Part shown: positions 38,286-48,597 of the stretch, piece by piece
Layout of the letters: the number at the start of each line of letters is the position of its first letter
Numbering within the stretch: position 1 is the first letter of the stretch
Source: Phycisphaerae bacterium
Lineage (GTDB): Bacteria; Planctomycetota; Phycisphaerae; FEN-1346; JAACEH01
Direction of reading: 5' to 3'
Length of the DNA stretch: 64,000 bases
Assembly (NCBI GenBank): GCA_041690105.1
Contig: JAWLHX010000014.1
Location: forward strand, 740 to 64,739
The notes under the pieces: generated by a model
Told to the model about the DNA's origin: nothing
The model's input: the letters and a program-made list of their open reading frames with translations, nothing else
The model's database searches: none
Program-made: the position numbers and the translations under genes

Positions 38286-38338
38286 AAAAAAAATAATCGG
38301 GCGATCCGGAAAATCTTCCAGATCGCCCGTTTTTTTTC
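38286..38338. terminator. bidirectional Rho-independent terminator (A-tract, hairpin, T-tract) between the convergent secreted-protein gene and tatA
   Basis: AAAAAAAAA then cgggcgatccggaaaatcttccagatcgcccg (a 13-bp stem with one mismatch) then TTTTTTTT. Confidence 0.75.
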
Positions 38339-38467
38339 AGTCATCACACCAAGTGTCACTTTACTGGATGGGACGGTGACTACTTCTGCAGCGTCCCGCT
38401 CAGGGCAACCTGGCCGGAGTTGCAGCAGGATGAGGCACAAGCCACAACCAGCCGCGGAAACAAAGGG

Positions 38468-38695
38468 CTATGGTTTTTTCGTCTCCGCCTTATCATCGCT
38501 GATATCGGTGGAGACATCGTCCTGAACGTCTTTCAGGCCCTTTTTGAACTCGATGATACCTCGGCCAAGGCTGCGGCCAACCTCCGGCAATCGCCGCCCG
38601 AACAGCAGCAGGGCGACAATGGCGATTACGATAATTTCGAGCGGTCCCGGCGTCCACATGGCAAGCATGGCATGAGGCATGCGAATTTCCTCCAA
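38468..38695 (-). CDS. tatA: twin-arginine translocase subunit TatA/E
   Basis: A single TM helix followed by an amphipathic helix (LEIIVIAIVALLLFGRRLPEVGRSLGRGIIEFKKGL). The true start is probably the internal M (MLAMW...). Confidence 0.75.
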   Translation of the reverse strand: MEEIRMPHAMLAMWTPGPLEIIVIAIVALLLFGRRLPEVGRSLGRGIIEFKKGLKDVQDDVSTDISDDKAETKKP

Positions 38696-38792
38696 AATTG
38701 TTACCCTGATTATAGGACTCGCACAGCCGAATTACAACCGGCCTGCCCTCGCCATCAGTCCACTTACCAAGCCAACCGGAGCCAGAATAGTC

Positions 38793-40151
38793 TTATTGGC
38801 ACACCTTGGGCAACGAATCCATCGACTGCTTTATTGCAGCTTCCGGATAATCATAATCTGTCAGCGTGCCGCTCAGGTAGGCATCGTAAGCGGTCATATC
38901 CAGATGGCCGTGGCCGGAGAGCACGAAGGTGATGTCCCGCGCCTGGCCATCCTTCTTGGCCGCCAGGGCTTCGTCGATGGCCATGCGGATGGCGTGGCTG
39001 GACTCCGGAGCCGGGATAATGCCTTCGAGCTGGGCAAACAGCAGGGCCGCCTCGAAGCAACCGGTCTGCCCGCGACTCTCGGCTTCAATCATTCCGGCAT
39101 TCAGCAGAGCACTTACCAGCGGCGACATGCCATGGTAGCGCAGGCCGCCGGCGTGGATGCCCGGCGGCACAAAATCGTGGCCGAGGGTGTACATCTTCAT
39201 CAGAGGGGTGAGCTTTTCGGTATCGCCGAAGTCGTAGGCGTAAACGCCCTTGGTCATGGTCGGGCAGGCGGTAGGTTCGACGCCGATCATGCGAATACTC
39301 TGCCCGTCGAGCTTTTCGGGAATGAAGGGGAATACCAGACCCGAGAAGTTCGACCCTCCGCCGGCGCAGCCAATCAGCACATCGGGCTTGATGCCGGCCT
39401 TGGCCATCTGAGCCTTGGCCTCCAGGCCGATAATCGACTGGTGCAGGCAGACATGGTTGAGGACCGAACCCAGGGCATAGCACGTATCGTCGCGCTGAAT
39501 GGCCTCTTCCACGGCTTCGCTGATGGCAATGCCCAGCGATCCTGGCGTATCAGGAAACTGCTCCAGAATATGCCGCCCGCTCTTGGTCTCGTTTGACGGG
39601 CTGGGCAGCACGCTGGCCCCGTACATATTCATCATCGACTTGCGGAAGGGCTTCTGCTCGAACGAGCGGCGCACCATGAACACGCGGCACTCGAGCCCGA
39701 AATGATGCGTGGCGAAAGCCAGGGCCGAGCCCCACTGGCCGGCACCGGTCTCGGTGGTCAGCTTCTTGATTCCCGAGATCTTGTTGTAATAGGTCTGCGG
39801 AATGGCCGTGTTTGGCTTGTGCGAGCCGACGGGCGAGACGCTTTCGTTCTTGAAGAAGATGCGTGCCGGCGTGTCCAGATATTTTTCGAGCCGACGGGCA
39901 CGGATGAGCGGGCTGGGCCGGTATAGCAGCAGAGCGTCGATCACTTCCTCGGGTATGTCGATCCAGCGTTCGGTGCTGGCTTCCTGCTCAATGAGGGGCA
40001 TGGGGAAGATGGCCTGCATCTTCTCCAGACTGATAGGCTGACAGTTTTCCGGATCGAGCGGCGGAGTAAGCAGATGCTTGATGTCGGCGGCAACGTTGTA
40101 CCAGCGGCGCGGCATCTCGTTTTCGCTGAGATAGATCTTATGCTGTTCCAC
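38793..40151 (-). CDS. trpB: TrpB-like PLP-dependent enzyme (tryptophan synthase beta chain, TrpB2 type)
   Basis: ~450 aa. PLP-lysine motif SVSPVGSHKPNTA. The GGGSN glycine loop is present (CAGGGSNFSGL). Confidence 0.8.
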   Translation of the reverse strand: MEQHKIYLSENEMPRRWYNVAADIKHLLTPPLDPENCQPISLEKMQAIFPMPLIEQEASTERWIDIPEEVIDALLLYRPSPLIRARRLEKYLDTPARIFFKNESVSPVGSHKPNTAIPQTYYNKISGIKKLTTETGAGQWGSALAFATHHFGLECRVFMVRRSFEQKPFRKSMMNMYGASVLPSPSNETKSGRHILEQFPDTPGSLGIAISEAVEEAIQRDDTCYALGSVLNHVCLHQSIIGLEAKAQMAKAGIKPDVLIGCAGGGSNFSGLVFPFIPEKLDGQSIRMIGVEPTACPTMTKGVYAYDFGDTEKLTPLMKMYTLGHDFVPPGIHAGGLRYHGMSPLVSALLNAGMIEAESRGQTGCFEAALLFAQLEGIIPAPESSHAIRMAIDEALAAKKDGQARDITFVLSGHGHLDMTAYDAYLSGTLTDYDYPEAAIKQSMDSLPKVCQ

Positions 40152-40378
40152 GATACTCCTCCTGTGACATTGACTGGCGACGGCTGGCCCTTGAGCCGAG
40201 ATATGCCCGCGTCGCGACCGATGACGGCAAACGCACTTGCGGCGACCTGTAAAAGATCAAGATTAATTCGCCAATGCAGCATACTAATGTCGGCAGGGCT
40301 ACTTTTCAAGCCATAATAGCTCCACAAGAGTCACTATCTGGCGTGCCGGGTTGTGCCGCGAGGCCGGAAGAGCATCAG

Positions 40379-42376
40379 CTATTTGTCCGACTCGTATTCG
40401 TAAGCGCCCATTGAGGGCGGGTTGGACCAGGGCTTTCCGTCGGCGTCCCTGGTGAAGTCGAAATCGGGAAAGGCATCGATTACGCCCTTCTCCCGCAGCA
40501 GTTGCTGAACGTTACACCCGGCGCCGATGGCAGGATTGGAATCCGGCGTACCGGTCAGCCGGTAATCAACCTCGGCGGGATCGCGGGTGTCGACCTTGCG
40601 GAAAACGGTTGCCAGTTGCGCGGCAGTCGGACTTTCGGCCGCAGGACCATCGGGAATCTGCCACGAGCCTTCGCCAGGTTTCCAGCCTTTGGAGGCAACC
40701 TGATTGCCGAAGCGGCCAAGCCACCCATTGTGCGAGCGCTGGTTGACTGCTCCAACGCTGGCACTGCCGCCTATGAGGTTATTGTGCAGGTAGATTGTGT
40801 TGAATCGGAAGATAGCGGTAATGTTGCGCGATGAGCGGATGACGGTGTTGTTGATAAAAAGCATGTCGCCTTCGGTTGGCACCTTGGAATTTCGGCTGTC
40901 GGGCCAGATGGAGAGCACCGTTCCGCCGCCATGGCCGTCGAAGACATTGGCGAAGACAGTGAAGTTGACGATGTTCTGGAATGTCGCGTTGGCACCGTTG
41001 TAGTAAATGTTACGGGCAATGAGCAGATCGCGGCAGCCCAGATAGCACGACGATCCGTTTGAATGCACGCCTACGGCGCCGTAGATGCGATTGTCGATCA
41101 TCTGCCCTTTGCTCACACCATAGAACGAAATGCAGGTGCTTGAGGAATCGCCGACTGTATTTGCGACCACCTTGGGCCGGGCGCTGCCGATGACATGAAT
41201 GCCTCTGCTGCCCGCCCGCCAGACGCGGCAGTTCTGCACCAGCGAATCATCGGCCGATTGAATGTAAATGCCTGTGCCGCCGGTATCCTCAACGGTACAG
41301 TTGATGATGCGAACGCCGTCGTTGCGGCCATTGGTGCCAACGACATGCCTGAAGAAGATGCCTTCGCCCGCAAAGAAGCGGATGTGCAACCCCTCCACAA
41401 TGATGTGCTGCCTGTGAATGGCCATGATTCCGACGCTGCGAGCAGCCACGCTGATCTCTTCGACCAGCGACTTCTCATCATTCGGCCAATAGTAGACGAC
41501 GACGCTGCCATCGGCTTGGGCGGTGCGGCTGACGTAGAACTGGCCCGGCCCGCTCAGGACGTGCGGGTGATCGATAATGGAATAACGATCACCGGCCGCC
41601 AGCTCTCGCCTCAAATCTGAATCCAGCAGCAGCGAATTCCGCTCGTAGCCGACGATCTTTTTGGTCTGCATGTAGTTGCCGTCCTTGCGCATCCAGACAT
41701 GGACCGCCGCCCCCTTCCAGTACTCGGCAAGCTGCTTCTCGGACAGGCCTGCGTTCAGTTGGTGCCATGGGCTATTGGCATTGGCAGGGTCGAGATTGAC
41801 ATTGTCAGTGATCCGGTCCTTGCTGCCGTGAGATTCAGCGGGAACTTCGGCCAGCAGAGCAGTGTCCAGCCCCTCGGCTCTCTTCTGCACGGGCCATCGC
41901 GCCGGGCGGCTGCGCACAGCGGCTTCAAAAAAATGTTTGCGCAGCTTATCTGCGAGATCGGCCGGCACGGTGGCCTTGAATATCTGGCGGGCATTTGGAT
42001 GAGACACGCCGGCGACGGTGAGGCCGGATTCACCAGCCGCACAAGGCTGCCAGCCGGTGATGAGCTGGGAACCGTCCACAATGACCTTTTCGCCATCTCG
42101 GCCGCGAATAGTGATTGGCAACTCGCGTTCGCCGGATTGCGGCAGAGTAATGCCTTCACGATAAACTCCGGCGGCAATAAGCACAGTGTCGCCCGGATTG
42201 GCCTTGTTGACAGCCTGCTGGATGGTTGCCAGAGGCTTCTCCTGCGAGCCATCGCCCGCCTCATCGTCGCCACCTGGTGAGACGTGGATTGTTGCGGCAA
42301 CTGCCGGCGATGCCAGGATGATTAAAGTGGTGACGATTGCCGCCAGAGTCGACATAATGCGAAGCCGATTGAACAT
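40379..42376 (-). CDS. secreted right-handed parallel beta-helix repeat protein (pectate-lyase-fold, possible polysaccharide lyase/hydrolase)
   Basis: Start MFNRLRIMSTLAAIVTTLIILASPAVAA (signal peptide) with an AGGAGA Shine-Dalgarno. Repeated NxxGxxG / IxN beta-helix coil signatures. C-terminal DUF-like tail. Confidence 0.65.
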   Translation of the reverse strand: MFNRLRIMSTLAAIVTTLIILASPAVAATIHVSPGGDDEAGDGSQEKPLATIQQAVNKANPGDTVLIAAGVYREGITLPQSGERELPITIRGRDGEKVIVDGSQLITGWQPCAAGESGLTVAGVSHPNARQIFKATVPADLADKLRKHFFEAAVRSRPARWPVQKRAEGLDTALLAEVPAESHGSKDRITDNVNLDPANANSPWHQLNAGLSEKQLAEYWKGAAVHVWMRKDGNYMQTKKIVGYERNSLLLDSDLRRELAAGDRYSIIDHPHVLSGPGQFYVSRTAQADGSVVVYYWPNDEKSLVEEISVAARSVGIMAIHRQHIIVEGLHIRFFAGEGIFFRHVVGTNGRNDGVRIINCTVEDTGGTGIYIQSADDSLVQNCRVWRAGSRGIHVIGSARPKVVANTVGDSSSTCISFYGVSKGQMIDNRIYGAVGVHSNGSSCYLGCRDLLIARNIYYNGANATFQNIVNFTVFANVFDGHGGGTVLSIWPDSRNSKVPTEGDMLFINNTVIRSSRNITAIFRFNTIYLHNNLIGGSASVGAVNQRSHNGWLGRFGNQVASKGWKPGEGSWQIPDGPAAESPTAAQLATVFRKVDTRDPAEVDYRLTGTPDSNPAIGAGCNVQQLLREKGVIDAFPDFDFTRDADGKPWSNPPSMGAYEYESDK

Positions 42377-42497
42377 AATTCTCTCCTGAAGTTGTGCAAC
42401 ATCATACCGCAACAGTTGGAGTTGATCAATGCGAGTTACCACCCGCCTCCGCTTAAACCCTCGCCAAGCCATTCGGTAATGCATAGAATATCGGGCC

Positions 42498-43475
42498 ATG
42501 GTACCAGCGGAGAAGACCAATTCAGTAAGCGCCGTCGGAGTGCTCATCACCTACTGGTGTAACGCCCGGTGCGCCCATTGCTATTTGCGGTGCGGGCCGC
42601 TTCGCCGTCTGGAGATGACCGCCGAGGACGCCCACGGCCATTTTGCGGCCATCGGTCGGCTGGGCATCGACGCGGCCGACATCCACATTGGCGGAGGGGA
42701 GCCGTTCGGCAATTTCGCTCACCTGCTCGATGTGCTGCGGGCGGCCCGGGAGGCGGGGCTGGCCGGCATCGGCTATGTGGAAACCAATGGCTTCTGGGCC
42801 ACCGATGACAAACTCGTGATCGACCGCCTGCAGACTCTGGCAGCTTATGGCGTACAGCGCATCAGCCTGTCGGTCGACGTGTATCATCAGGCGTTTGTCG
42901 ATCCGCTGGCCGTGGCCCGACTGGCCCGCCTGACACCACAGGTGCTGGGCGAAAGGTCTCTGCGTGTGCGCCGCTGGCGCAGCCTGAAGGCGCCGGTTGA
43001 TTTGCGCGGACTGGGTAGCGATGAGTTGCGTGCGGCATATCAGTCGGCCTTGGCCGATTTTCCGGAGCGGATGACCGGCCGGGCGGCAGACGAACTGGCC
43101 CCTCTGCTGCCGGGGCGTCCGCCGGATGATTTCCGCTCCATGAATTGCAGCCGGGCCCTGCTGGAGAGCGGCCATGTGCACGTCGATCCACAGGGCATCG
43201 TCTCGCCCGGAACCTGCGCCGGCATCATAATTGGCAGGGCCACGGAGGACCAACCGCTGGACCTGCTGCTGAGCAGGCCTCGCGGGCAAATCTGCAACAG
43301 GCTGATTGACGGTGGACCATTGGCCCTGGCCGCCATGGCTGCAGAGAGCGGCTATCGGCCTAGGCCGCAGGGTTATGCCGACAAGTGCCATCTTTGTACC
43401 GACGTGCGGCACTGGCTGGTTGGGCGTGGAATGGCTGCTGACGAGATTGGCCCGGCATCGTTATATTGCGAATAA
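42498..43475 (+). CDS. radical SAM protein with Cys-rich C-terminal extension
   Basis: CNARCAHC (Cx3Cx2C) 20 aa from the N-terminus and the GGGEP glycine-rich SAM motif. Additional C-terminal cysteines (CSRAL..., TCAGII, CNRL, CHLC). Confidence 0.7.
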   Translation: MVPAEKTNSVSAVGVLITYWCNARCAHCYLRCGPLRRLEMTAEDAHGHFAAIGRLGIDAADIHIGGGEPFGNFAHLLDVLRAAREAGLAGIGYVETNGFWATDDKLVIDRLQTLAAYGVQRISLSVDVYHQAFVDPLAVARLARLTPQVLGERSLRVRRWRSLKAPVDLRGLGSDELRAAYQSALADFPERMTGRAADELAPLLPGRPPDDFRSMNCSRALLESGHVHVDPQGIVSPGTCAGIIIGRATEDQPLDLLLSRPRGQICNRLIDGGPLALAAMAAESGYRPRPQGYADKCHLCTDVRHWLVGRGMAADEIGPASLYCE

Positions 43476-43540
43476 CAATTTGCCCGGCAACCGGGCAGGT
43501 GGACGGGTAATTTGCGGGCGGCAGGATGTACAGCAACAGT

Positions 43541-43918
43541 TTAATCGGCGGCGCGGGCCTTTTCAACTGAATCGAATACCCCGAAGATGCGATCGAGATG
43601 GGTCGTCTCCAGTACTTCGGCCACTCGCCGCTGCGGTCGCACAAATCGCACGTAGCCGTCCATGGCAATTGCCGTCACTCGGGCGCAGATGAAGACGCTG
43701 AGGGCGTCGCTGCAGACAAAATCGACTTTGCTGAGGTCGCAGATGACGCGGCCGCCGGTTGCCTCGATGGCCGCCTCGAAGGCCTTGCGCAGTTCGGCAG
43801 TGGCCTGATAGTCGGCCGAGCCGCAAAGCTCCAGCACATCGCCCTGCTCTGTTCTGCTGACCGTTGCGTTCACAGGTTTCTCCGGCGCACCTGCCGCCTG
43901 ATCATATGTTTCCGACAT
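43541..43918 (-). CDS. STAS-domain anti-sigma-factor antagonist (RsbV/SpoIIAA-like)
   Basis: STAS fold with the conserved phospho-Ser region (VDFVCSDALSVF). Start chosen at MSETYDQ; the ORF track extends to 43981 and would then overlap the upstream kinase gene. Confidence 0.65.
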   Translation of the reverse strand: MSETYDQAAGAPEKPVNATVSRTEQGDVLELCGSADYQATAELRKAFEAAIEATGGRVICDLSKVDFVCSDALSVFICARVTAIAMDGYVRFVRPQRRVAEVLETTHLDRIFGVFDSVEKARAAD

Positions 43919-43925
43919 TCTACGG

Positions 43926-44333
43926 CTAGCGGCGATGCTTGACCATGGTGATTTCGTTGCCCTTGACGCTGTAGACCACATCGTCCATGTAAGCCCTCAT
44001 CAGCATGATGCCACGACCGCAGGGGCGTGTCAAATTTTCGGCAGAGGTCGGATCGGGTACACATACCGGATCGAAGCCGCGGCCCTCGTCGCGAATCGTT
44101 ATGGCGACCTTCTCGTCGTCAATCTTGTATTGCACGTGAACCATGCGACAGGGGTCGAACTGGTTGCCATGCTTAACGGCGTTCACCAGCGACTCTTCCA
44201 GAGCCAGCTTGACGGCAAAGCAGACATCATCATCGTACTGATATTTTTTCATATCGCGTCGAATGACATCCTGCACGTGGCGGATCTCATCAACCGAACT
44301 CGGCATGTCGAACGAGCGGGTGGTCTGTTTCAT
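43926..44333 (-). CDS. anti-sigma regulatory factor, GHKL-type serine protein kinase (RsbW/SpoIIAB-like)
   Basis: N-box ESLVNAVKHGN and G-box IRDEGRGFDP...GRGIMLM. Confidence 0.75.
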   Translation of the reverse strand: MKQTTRSFDMPSSVDEIRHVQDVIRRDMKKYQYDDDVCFAVKLALEESLVNAVKHGNQFDPCRMVHVQYKIDDEKVAITIRDEGRGFDPVCVPDPTSAENLTRPCGRGIMLMRAYMDDVVYSVKGNEITMVKHRR

Positions 44334-44529
44334 GGTCTAAGGACTGCCAACAGAATGCCTCTTCGGCCATAATAATGCTCGGACTGACCTGCGGCCCCAA
44401 CCAGGGCACACGCCGCGGGCACCAGATGTTAGAGCCGCACCAACAGCAAGTCAAGGATTCAATCAGCTCTGGACAAGAGTGCGGCTGATTCCAAAGCGGC
44501 AAGGCATTATCAGCCGCTGCCGTTGCAAC

Positions 44530-44551
44530 CCCTCCCCCTTGACGGGGGAGG
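44530..44551. promoter_or_regulatory. perfect 8-bp stem hairpin CCTCCCCC-TTGAC-GGGGGAGG in the partner-switching operon upstream region
   Basis: Seen directly in the sequence; it lies ~200 nt upstream of the kinase gene start. Confidence 0.4.
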
Positions 44552-44626
44552 ATGTCTTCGCCCAGCGGAGACAGGTGGGGGTGTCGCTGCGCGGAAAACT
44601 CCTCGCCCTATCTGCGCGGGCAAAAC

Positions 44627-44717
44627 CCACCCTCATCCGGCCCTTCGGGCCACCTTATCCCGTCAAGGGAGAAGGGTAACAGCTCACCCTCATCCGGCTC
44701 TGCGGGCGACCTTATCC
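44627..44717. repeat. two imperfect ~34-nt direct repeats (caccctcatccggCCCTTCGGGCcaccttatcc / caccctcatccggctctgcgggcgaccttatcc), 58 nt apart
   Basis: Seen directly. The first copy contains the perfect hairpin GGCCC-TTC-GGGCC. Confidence 0.6.
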
Positions 44718-44781
44718 TGCCAAGCCCTTCGACGAGTTCAGGGCAAGGACGAAGGGCAAAGAACAGACAAGGTGCGGCGGG

Positions 44782-46089
44782 TCAATCCAGCGGGTTCATC
44801 ACCAGGCCGCTCAACAGCTTCGGGTAGAAGTAAGTTGATTTTTGCGGCATGACCTCGCCGCCGGCGGCAATCGCCCGTACCTGTTCCATGGTCGGTGCCT
44901 TGACCAGAATGGCCATGCTCGCCCCCTGCTCATGGACGGCGTCGAAAGCCTCACCATCATCGTGCAGATAGCGGATCGTCACGTTCTCCAAGCCGCCAAA
45001 AGCGTCGCTCAGCAGACGATCGAAAACCAGTCGGTGCAGGACGGCCACATCCAGCTCGCGCCAATGGTCGCTCTGCTCCGGGGCCAGCTTGTTCATGATG
45101 CCCTCGGTCTTGAGGGTGGCCAGGTAGGCGTCCTGATCGTCGCGCAGATAGAAACCGAAGTCCGTCTGCGGCGTCTCGACCAGGTGGGCATGCATTCGGC
45201 CGCTGGTGGCCTCGGCTCCGGTGAAGCGCTCCCAGGTAAAGTATGGTTCCAGAATCTTCTGCAATTGCTCGGCATTGACCGGCGGCAAATCGACCAGCAC
45301 GCGATGAGTCGGCAGAATCTCAAGGCCCGAGTCGCTCATGCTGATGCACATCATCGACGTATAGTTGGCCGGATGATGACCTGTCACCTGCTGGCCCTGC
45401 TCTATCAGCCAACGCCTGTAAGCCAGAGCCGTGGTGTACCGATGATGCCCGTCGGCGATGAACAGCGGGCGGCGCTGCATCAGGGCAGTCACCTCGGCGG
45501 CGGCGGCTTCGTTGGTCACCACCCACATGCGATTGACGACGCCGTTGGGGTCGACCACGTGCAGGTCCGGCCGGGCCAGGGGCAAGCGGTCGAGCACGGC
45601 AATTACCTCGTTCCGCTCGTCCGGATAAAGTGCGCACACCTGGCTCATGTTGACGCTGGTGGCTTTCAGCAACTCCAACCGATCTTCGACATGCTTGGGG
45701 AAGGTCTTCTCGTGAGGAAAAATGCTGCCGGAGCCAAACTCCTCGAGTGCCACGCGACACACGAATCCACGCCGCACGCGGGTGCGACCGGCCACGGTAA
45801 ATTCCTGCTCGTAGAGGTACAGGGCGGAGTGCTTCTCGCGGGCCAGAACATTCTGATCCTGCCATTTCTTGACAAGTTCGGCGGCGCGGGTGTAACGGTT
45901 GTTTTGCGGTGTGTCGTCGGGCGAGGTCTGGCCAAAAATCAGACGCACGATATTGTGCGGATGAGCATCGTACAGGTTTCCCTGCATCTCATCGTCGATG
46001 CAATCGTATGGCGGGGCGGTAATCAGCGACAGGTCCAGAGGATTGCTGGTGGAATAACGCAGCCCGCGGAACGGCAGAACAGTAGCCAT
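44782..46089 (-). CDS. DUF1015-family protein
   Basis: Conserved DUF1015 motifs PHEKTFPK and ADGHHRYTTAL. Start at MATVLPFRGLRY. Confidence 0.7.
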   Translation of the reverse strand: MATVLPFRGLRYSTSNPLDLSLITAPPYDCIDDEMQGNLYDAHPHNIVRLIFGQTSPDDTPQNNRYTRAAELVKKWQDQNVLAREKHSALYLYEQEFTVAGRTRVRRGFVCRVALEEFGSGSIFPHEKTFPKHVEDRLELLKATSVNMSQVCALYPDERNEVIAVLDRLPLARPDLHVVDPNGVVNRMWVVTNEAAAAEVTALMQRRPLFIADGHHRYTTALAYRRWLIEQGQQVTGHHPANYTSMMCISMSDSGLEILPTHRVLVDLPPVNAEQLQKILEPYFTWERFTGAEATSGRMHAHLVETPQTDFGFYLRDDQDAYLATLKTEGIMNKLAPEQSDHWRELDVAVLHRLVFDRLLSDAFGGLENVTIRYLHDDGEAFDAVHEQGASMAILVKAPTMEQVRAIAAGGEVMPQKSTYFYPKLLSGLVMNPLD

Positions 46090-46192
46090 GGATGAAGCCC
46101 CTCGCGATTTTCCGACTCTTGCAATTCTGGCGGCACGGGCAAGCCGATTTTGATCGGCCTGCCCCCTTGCCGCAATCATATCAGCGAAGCTA

Positions 46193-47461
<1,269 letters not shown>

Positions 47462-48130
47462 CTACAGTGTTTTGATGCGCTTTCTCGAAGCTGCGTCAAT
47501 AAAAGCCCGTACGGCTTGATGATCTTTGCGACCGGGCTCGCTTTCCACGCCGCTGGATGCCTCGACACCATAAGGCTGCACGGTATCGATAGCTGCGGCA
47601 ACATTATCAGGTGTCAGGCCGCCGCCGAGAATCAGCGGCCAGAATTCTTCTCGCGCCTCCGCCACCAACTGCCAGGGCGCCCGATGACCGGTTCCGCCAT
47701 AGGCCCCGCTTACTTTGGCATCGATCAGGCAGGCAGCGGGGCGGCATTGCCGCAAATACTCGCGTCCTTCGTCCAGATCGGCCGGGCCGGCAATGCGAAA
47801 GGCCCGTATCAGTTTGTATCTCGCGGCAATGGCATTCGCCACTGCGGCAGGCTCGTCGCCATGCAACTGCACCGCGTCAAGCCGGACGTCCGCAGCAACC
47901 TGCAGCACTTCATCTGCGGGCGAATTCACAAAGACGCCAACCGCGCTGACCCAGGCCGGCAAGCCAGCCACAATTTCCCGAGCCCGAGCGACAGTTACCT
48001 GCCTGGGGCTCTTGGCGAAGATAAGACCAATCGCATCGGCGCCGGCATCGACCGCGGTCAGGGCGTCGGTGGCATTGGTGATGCCGCAGATTTTAACGCG
48101 AACACGTCCCATGATCACCGGCACTCCCAT
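47462..48130 (-). CDS. trpF: phosphoribosylanthranilate isomerase
   Basis: RVKICGITNATDALTAVDAGADAIGLIF is the PRAI N-terminal signature. Confidence 0.8.
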   Translation of the reverse strand: MGVPVIMGRVRVKICGITNATDALTAVDAGADAIGLIFAKSPRQVTVARAREIVAGLPAWVSAVGVFVNSPADEVLQVAADVRLDAVQLHGDEPAAVANAIAARYKLIRAFRIAGPADLDEGREYLRQCRPAACLIDAKVSGAYGGTGHRAPWQLVAEAREEFWPLILGGGLTPDNVAAAIDTVQPYGVEASSGVESEPGRKDHQAVRAFIDAASRKRIKTL

Positions 48131-48334
48131 CGCCCGAAAAAGCTACATTAGCAGAAATGGCAGGCAAGTCAAGCGCGGAGCCAAGCCGGAGGCAAGCCGG
48201 ATGGGGAGACAAAAAAAACTCCGCCTGTCCGCCGGTCGCCATGGGGCGGCTCCGCTTCGGCTCGCTGGTGCTCGCCTCCGCTACGCCGCCCCAGGACGAC
48301 CAATTTACAGAAAGGATGTTACACTCCCGAGCAT

Positions 48335-48455
48335 ACGTGCGCTGATTTCTAAGCGAATACGAAGTGACGGTAACTTCAAGCGGCCCGCAGTCGCGTGGTC
48401 AAAACAACAGTCCCGAAAGGCGGAGCCAGGCTGCCGGTGGTACTGGAATAGCAGT
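48335..48455. repeat. ~120-bp degenerate copy of the 3' end of the GH10 gene (50275-50396), located upstream of that gene
   Basis: gaatacgaagtgacggtaacttcaagcggcccgcagtcgcgtggtcaaaacaacagtcccgaaaggcggagccaggctgccggtggtactggaatag versus gaatacgaagtgacggcaacttccggcggccgcagtcgcgtggtcacaacaacattaccgaaaggcggagccagactgacggtggtgctggaatag. Confidence 0.75.
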
Positions 48456-48597
48456 CGCGCGGGCTAGCAAGGCGAGCGGCTTTTTGCTTGTTTCCAGCAA
48501 GCCGGCGGCGGTACCATTGCCGTGGCCAGGTTCGAATTTCGGGCGTTTCAGGCTGCTCGCACATGTTTTACACAGCGTTTCGGGGCAAGGAAAGAGC

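Noticed and set aside
42498-43475. RiPP cluster centred on the radical SAM gene
   Set aside because: No small precursor-peptide ORF, SPASM double-CxxC pattern, or partner protease/transporter is visible adjacent to it. Kept only as a weak part of a broader finding.
48520-48550. tRNA-like T-loop sequence GGTTCGAATTTCGGGCG
   Set aside because: No acceptor stem, D-arm or anticodon arm can be built around it. It lies in the xylanase promoter region.
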